DNA from: Bugula neritina
Taxonomy: Eukaryota; Animalia; Bryozoa
NCBI GenBank assembly: GCA_964035545.1
Contig: OZ037767.1
Coordinates: 23,948,628-24,012,627, forward strand
Length of the DNA: 64,000 bases
Direction: 5' to 3'
The notes under the pieces were generated by a model. The model worked only from the letters and a program-made list of their open reading frames with translations. It was not told where the DNA came from and did not search any database. The position numbers were made by a program, and so were the translations under genes. Positions 57,905-64,000 of this stretch are shown here, piece by piece (position 1 is the stretch's first letter; every line of letters begins with the position of its first letter).

Positions 57905-58796
57905 ATGTTTTCAAGATGCTCCTTGCGCTTGGCTGGGCGTTGCTCAAAAGTGCTGTCTACCAGATGGCTATCTGTTGAACCAGTACCTCCCCCTTCAAGT
58001 TTGAGTAATCTTGGATATCCTATTGAGCCTAAATGGGTGACTCAGGAACACACCGAGTTAGTTCAGCAGCTTAGCACCATACTCTGAACACACGTACATC
58101 AGAATGATATGTTTCTTTGTTGTGCCACCCAAGTTTTACCTTGAATATTTTATCATTGCAGGCTTACATTATATACTAGTCTGTATGTTTTCGTGTAATT
58201 GAAGTGTACATTTGCAGAGCTACTTATCGTGAGACCGGGCAGGTTCCTCTTTGGTCACAGAGGGTGGCGACGTTTTTGGGAGTCTGCGTGTGGACTTGGA
58301 TATTACTCGGCTTTTATTATGAATCTGATCACTTAGTGGTAAGTATAGTATATATATATATATATGTACAGTGGTAAGTGCAGTATGTACATGTACAGTG
58401 GTAAGTATAGTATGTATATGTACAGTGGTAAGTGCAGTATGTACATGTACAGTGGTAAGTATAGTATGTACATGTACAGTGGTGCGTATAATATCTATAT
58501 GTACAGTGATCACTTAGTGGTAAGTATAGTACTATGTACATGTACAGTGATTCTGTTAGATACTAATACACATACATGTGTATTCAGTGGATAGACTTCA
58601 TTAGATCATTTTGGCTAAACTTGTACAGCTAGCCTGCTATACTTCTGTCTGTGGAACTTAAAAGTCAATTATTGTGAATTTATCTATCTAAAAGAAAGCT
58701 TGCTTTCCTTTATAGGGGCATCATCCTTTCCCTGACCCTTCAAAGTGGACAAATAAAGAATTGGGGATTCCCGATCAGTTAGAACTCGACGAATAG
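57905..58796 (+). CDS. NDUFB2: NADH:ubiquinone oxidoreductase subunit B2 (AGGG); exons 57905-58056, 58218-58338, 58716-58796
   Basis: Arg-rich mitochondrial presequence; LGVCVWTWILLGFYYESDHLV|GHHPFPDPSKWTNKELGIP matches the NDUFB2 C-terminal signature. Confidence 0.92.
58330..58548 (+). repeat. 27-bp minisatellite made of copies of the NDUFB2 exon-2 donor
   Basis: GTG|GTAAGT recurs at 58339, 58374, 58401, 58428, 58455 and 58520. Confidence 0.9.
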
Positions 58797-60299
58797 CCAT
58801 TGTGAATATTAATTAGTAGGTATATTTTGAGCTATAAGAAAAAATAGCTCTCGGTTTGAAATAAAGAGCATATTGTTTGGATTTGTGTTCTCTTGCACTC
58901 ACTAAAGAGCGCTCTAATGTGTTTAGGTATTGCAGATTAATTATATGAATAAGACTGCTAAACTTGGGTATGTAGCTCATGGTGTATATAATATGCTCAT
59001 TTTATCTATTGTCAAAGTTTACTATTTTAATGTCCCGTTATATTTCCGCATTTTTCAATGTGTAAATAAAGGTGGAGTTTGAATTTACTTGACAAATTTT
59101 TACTATTTGATATGCTCAGACTTCTTTGGACATCACTGAGAAATTTAGTTTTCGTTAGAGCCTTGTAGTAATAACACACATATGTTAATAAATGATTGTA
59201 AAGCTGGGTGTACAACAAAACCAACAGATTTGTGATTATTAGCTTAATGCAACAATTATTATTTTTGCAAATTTGTTAGAATTATTTCATAAAGCCATTA
59301 TACGGAATTTTTTCAGATACATAGGCTATGCATGTTGGGCTGATGTGACACCATGAAACAGTGGCTTGAATGTCTTCCTAAGCACTTTGAAGTTTATAAA
59401 CTATCCAGGTTCACAGAGTTACTGTCGCAAACATACTGAGAAATATACATTTACATATATGAAGACATTGGCCCTGTTTGATGACAAATCAAATGCTACA
59501 AAAAACTTAAATAAAAGCATTCATTTCTCCTCCAGTATATGTTGAAATAAATCAGCATAATTGTACGCAACCATTTATTCAGTATAATTTAAATTGATAT
59601 GTGGTTCAACTTATTCATCAATCTACTTTTAGATGCACGTTGGTTTGAGAAACACATACGGTTGTATATATACTAAATATAACATAAAATTAATGTAAAT
59701 AAAATCTGTTGCACAAAAAGTTGCATTCACTATACTTCTATGATGTAGGTTTTAGTAGTTAGCTTAGAAGCTAATTTATATCTGGAGTAGAAGGAGAGTT
59801 TATGAAGCTATCTTCAAAGGGTTTCTTCCAACTACGATCTTGTCCACATTTAGAGATTTAAGGCATACTGGCTCCAAATTTACACTGCTTTGTGTATTTA
59901 TATATTCTACTTACAGTGTAAAATATAATCTTCAACTTAAGCCAAAGTTGCCACAAAAAATGTATTATTTAATTTTGCAAAAAATTATTGAGACATGTTT
60001 GCTCTGTGGTATATCATCTTACACACATAAAAGATGTGTTTGTGCTAGACGGATGGGTGGCAAAACACCTGCTATAGTTGACGAAATGGTCTCTTAAGGG
60101 GCCCTACTTACTAATTATGCAACTCACTGAGCTGTTATTAAAAGAATAACAAAAACAAATACCAGACTTGAAAACGATTCAACACTAGACGATTGTTTGC
60201 CAGGTTTATGTATACAATACAAGAGATCATCTCCCCATAGCTTGTGCCTAGGGTTTTATGCTGTCTGATGAACTGTAGGGTATCTCCCTGCAAACTCAT

Positions 60300-63200
60300 C
60301 TACTTTTTCTGGCTGACCATCTGTAGTGTGTGCCATTGCACGCTAGTCCTCACATCTGCCTCCAACATTTCTCTCCAGTGCTTTATACCTGCGGTAGTTG
60401 TCCCTAGGCCGACAGTTACTCTGCCTATTGGCTCACTTGCTCCTATTCTGTCATAGTCTATTACTGTTACCATCAGCTGCACCTTCTACAAGTGCATATA
60501 ACAAGCATGTCAATCCTCTTACAATCACCTGTTCACGTCACTGACACGCAAGTTTAGTGGTTGTCAAGATGTGCACCTGCTAATAACCATATAGTTTACC
60601 TGCCACACAAGTGTTTCTAGTAGTAACACTTGAGACAGCATATTTAAGATATTATAATGGCAGAGTATATATCATGTAACAAATTCTAACTTTACCTGCT
60701 ACCTACTAACTTACCATCATATCTTCTTTCTTAACTTCAAACATTAAAGACTCATTAAAATACGGATTTAGAGTGCATTTCTTTATGCTTGTTTTGCATT
60801 TCTTAACTCTTCTTTCTCCCATCATCAGTTCCACTTTAACATATGGGTCTAAAATAAGTCGTATATTATGCTATAAATATTCCAAACTTGTCACATATAC
60901 TCCCAGTTTACAAGTAGTAAGATTCTATTTGGTGCTAAACTGTAAAGTTGGGGCGTGGTATGGTTATTAGGTTAAAATAAGTAGGCTAAACAGCACTTTA
61001 CAAACATTTTCTAAGTTTTTTTGCAAATACAAAGTTTCATGTAATAACTGTTAGACTTTATTGAGAATATTATTTGGTAAAATATCTTTATATGCATTAA
61101 TTTAGCATAAAGTTATAGCTACTCTTCCAACACATATTAAATCTATGTTATAGATGTGTGTACACAGTCTATGTTATAGGTTGTGTGCAAACACAATAAA
61201 AAGCAGTTGCTACCTGAAAGTCCTCCCACATCCATCTTTTTCAAGTTTTTTGCTTCCATAACAGTGACTACCAGCTTTCCTGTGTTGGAGTTGTATCTTA
61301 GAGCAAAACATACGTCACCCAATGATTGCTGTGAAAGAAACATAAAATCTGAATCATCATATAATTGCTGGTTGTGATAATGTAGATCTTCTCATCAGCA
61401 ACATTTCACAATTAATCCTTAATAGATAAATGTCAAACAGGCCGAAAATACTTAATCTATCTTCACCCATGCACACTTCCTTTCCCTAAAATATCCTCCC
61501 CCCACCCCCCCCCCCTTTCTCATACATTGCTCTCTCCATATCTCACTAAGCTACATGGGCCCCGAAACCTCAATTTATGGCATAGCAGAATATCAGATTT
61601 AACTCATGGATCAGTTAAATTTAGCCATTTTGTTTATATACACACATACTTGAACCACAAAATGGGAGTCTCGGGACCTATGGAATTTTATGAGAATGAG
61701 AACGTGAGCTATGAAGGAAGCATTGCTTTCAGAGCTCATCTGTTTTGAAATATTTTACTGCCACATTTGTTACAGAGCCAACTAAGAATTACAGTCGAGG
61801 GTTTTGAGACTGGTACAGCATGTTCAAGAATATTTAGATAGCCTTTACTCAAAACCAAACTTAGAAGTTATCTGCCCCGAGTCTAGCTATTATAGGCGCG
61901 GCATAATCAATAAGACTATAAAGAAAGAGAGAGCATTGCCATCAGATTACAATAATTATATACAGACAGTAATCACTGAGATGACAGTGTGACTTATAAA
62001 GGAGAGGTCAATGGACTAGACTTCAGACATCATAATGTAAAACTTGCTAATGAAATTATTACAGCAGAATGTTAACTGTGTGTATCTAGTGGCAGTGGCT
62101 AATCATAACTCTGCATTTTACTTTGACAGTTTTCATGCAGCAATCTACACTGCTGATGCCCTGTACTTAAGTACTGCAGTACTGGTAACTTGTCATAGAT
62201 TGCGTATATTATGGACACAGTTTTTGCGAAACAGAAAAGTTTTGCTTGTGGACAGGACAATGTTAACTCGTTCACATTGGATATAATCTACCAACTAGTA
62301 TCTAATAATGAGAGTTTTCTAATTTTTATGAAAAAATACTTTTATGTGCCGCTGATTTTCAGCGTATTCAAAACCGAAAAAAGCTGTTCAAAAAACATTC
62401 CGAACAACTCTTTCGCAAGTACCTTGAGAAATAAAAAAACCTCATAATAGTTGATCAGTGAAATATGCATTCAAAATGGAATACCTAAAAGCATGAACAA
62501 GGAATTATGCTACCTTATACTACTAGTACCTTTGTCTCACTAGGACTAAGCAGCTCTTGGGTCTCATCTACAGTGTTGCACCAATCAATGCCCATTAATG
62601 GTTTGATGATGTAGCCAATCTGGTCATGCTTGGTCATCCGGTCATAGTCATACACTGCTAATACTAAGCTTTTCTGCTGTACTTCTGCATATGTTAACTA
62701 GATAAAAAATATCTAACTTTTAGCAGCTTACCCACAGTTCATATTGTGACAATTCAATAATATAGACATTAGCTACATTTTGCTAAAGTTCTCATAGGGA
62801 CTTAAACTGCTATTCAAGCACAATAAAAATATATGCTTAGAAATTTAGTAGAACTGCTTAGAATTTATTACCCTTTAATGTGTTTTCAGCTTGGAAATGT
62901 TCTTAGTGATGCATATCTGTTTTGAGAACTGATTAAATTCCAATAATTTTACCTTAAATATAAATGTTTCATTAAACACTGGGTTTAAAGTTCTCCTGTG
63001 TACTCTTGTCTCTACTTTCTTTTTCTTTTCATGTTGAAAATACACTTTAACATATGGATCGGAAAAGCCGGATATGTCCATAGCTTTAAGCTCTGAGGCT
63101 GATACTATGCCTACGGTTAGCTGAAACAGAACAAATGATGTTACTTTATGCCCTTTGGGTAATAGTCATCATGTGTCAGTATGACACCTGTCATGTGTCT

Positions 63201-63681
63201 GTATGACACCTGCCATGTGTATGTATGACACCTGCCATGTGTATGTATGACACCTGTCATGTGTATATATGACACCTGCCATGTGTATGCATGACACCTA
63301 GCATGTGTCTGTATGACACCTGTCATGTGTGTGTGTATGACACCTACCATGTGTCTGTATAACACCTGCCATGTAAATGCATGACACTTACTCTGTGTGT
63401 GATACATATTATTTAAGATGATATGACACCTGCCTATGTCTGTGTGACACTCACAGTTAAACATGTGATTTGGTGAAGCAAGAATAAAAATTTGCCAGCA
63501 TATAGAAGAAACTGCACAACACCCTCACCTCTTCTTTAGTAAAGTCATACTCTAAAGTATACTGAAGGAGTCCAACTTTTCGGTTAAATGTCTTTTCTTT
63601 AATGTAACTCTCTTCTTTCTCACTGGTTTCAGATGGCATGTCAGCTAGACTGTTGTCTAATGCCTCAATGTCAGGCTGTAC
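60300..63681 (-). CDS. SYT1: Synaptotagmin-1-like protein, C2A and C2B domains; 5' part lies beyond the window (exons 63681-63529, 63120-62953, 62697-62530, 61328-61214, 60848-60715, 60485-60300)
   Basis: [65 protein letters not shown]-terminal QWHTLQ; exact paralog uncertain. Confidence 0.88.
63170..63450. repeat. 22-bp minisatellite in a synaptotagmin intron
   Basis: Unit ATGACACCTGCCATGTGTATGT. Confidence 0.92.
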
Positions 63682-64000
63682 CTAAATGAGTAAATATGTC
63701 TTTTATACCTTTTAATAGTAAATAATACTAGAAGATATAGTAGAAATATTTTATATATGTATAGTCTATATTATTAGCATTGTAAACTATCAAAATAGTA
63801 GCCAAAAAAATTTATTCTACTAGTAATTGGTTTCCTATGTGTAATACAAATTTTGCCATCACTTTTTTACATTATTTAATTAAGGCAGCTATTACGGTTT
63901 TTCTAAAAAAGAATTTAACAATGTATTGTTTATAGGGTGTGCCAGTGAGCATTTATATATTTTTAATATTTTTAAGACAATGCTTTGGAAGCTGAAATTT

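Noticed and set aside
52287-63450. Regularly spaced repeats as possible CRISPR arrays
   Set aside because: Head-to-tail units without unique spacers, eukaryotic context, no cas genes.

Overview
AT-rich, intron-containing eukaryotic DNA, most likely an invertebrate animal; no prokaryotic features and no CRISPR. Manual splicing gives nine protein-coding genes: a C2H2 zinc-finger gene (+, 2990-11586, one GC-AG intron); a SULT1-type sulfotransferase with an unusual hydrophobic N-terminus (-, 12249-15349); a 15-exon orphan gene in which every coding exon is 26-75 nt, encoding a 218-aa signal-anchor plus coiled-coil protein that the ORF track misses (+, 25020-30570); CCDC181 (-); IBA57 (+); CDIPT/PIS (+); a partly resolved uncharacterised gene (-); NDUFB2 (+); and a synaptotagmin-1-like gene that runs off the right edge (-). 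The 18-24 kb block is a mobile-element nest. It holds a 3.7-kb Sola2-like DNA transposon that is almost one large palindrome (~1.14-kb TIRs, TATA target duplication, two diverged outward-facing transposase remnants). Next to it are two 5'-truncated Penelope-like (Naiad-type) retroelements in (TA)n tracts, each with a minimal type I hammerhead ribozyme, one of them with a 361-bp inverted duplication. Also present: MITEs, tRNA-derived SINE heads, a dispersed hairpin repeat family, RFX X-box motifs and minisatellites that contain copies of splice donors. All gene models were built by eye and need RNA-seq confirmation.
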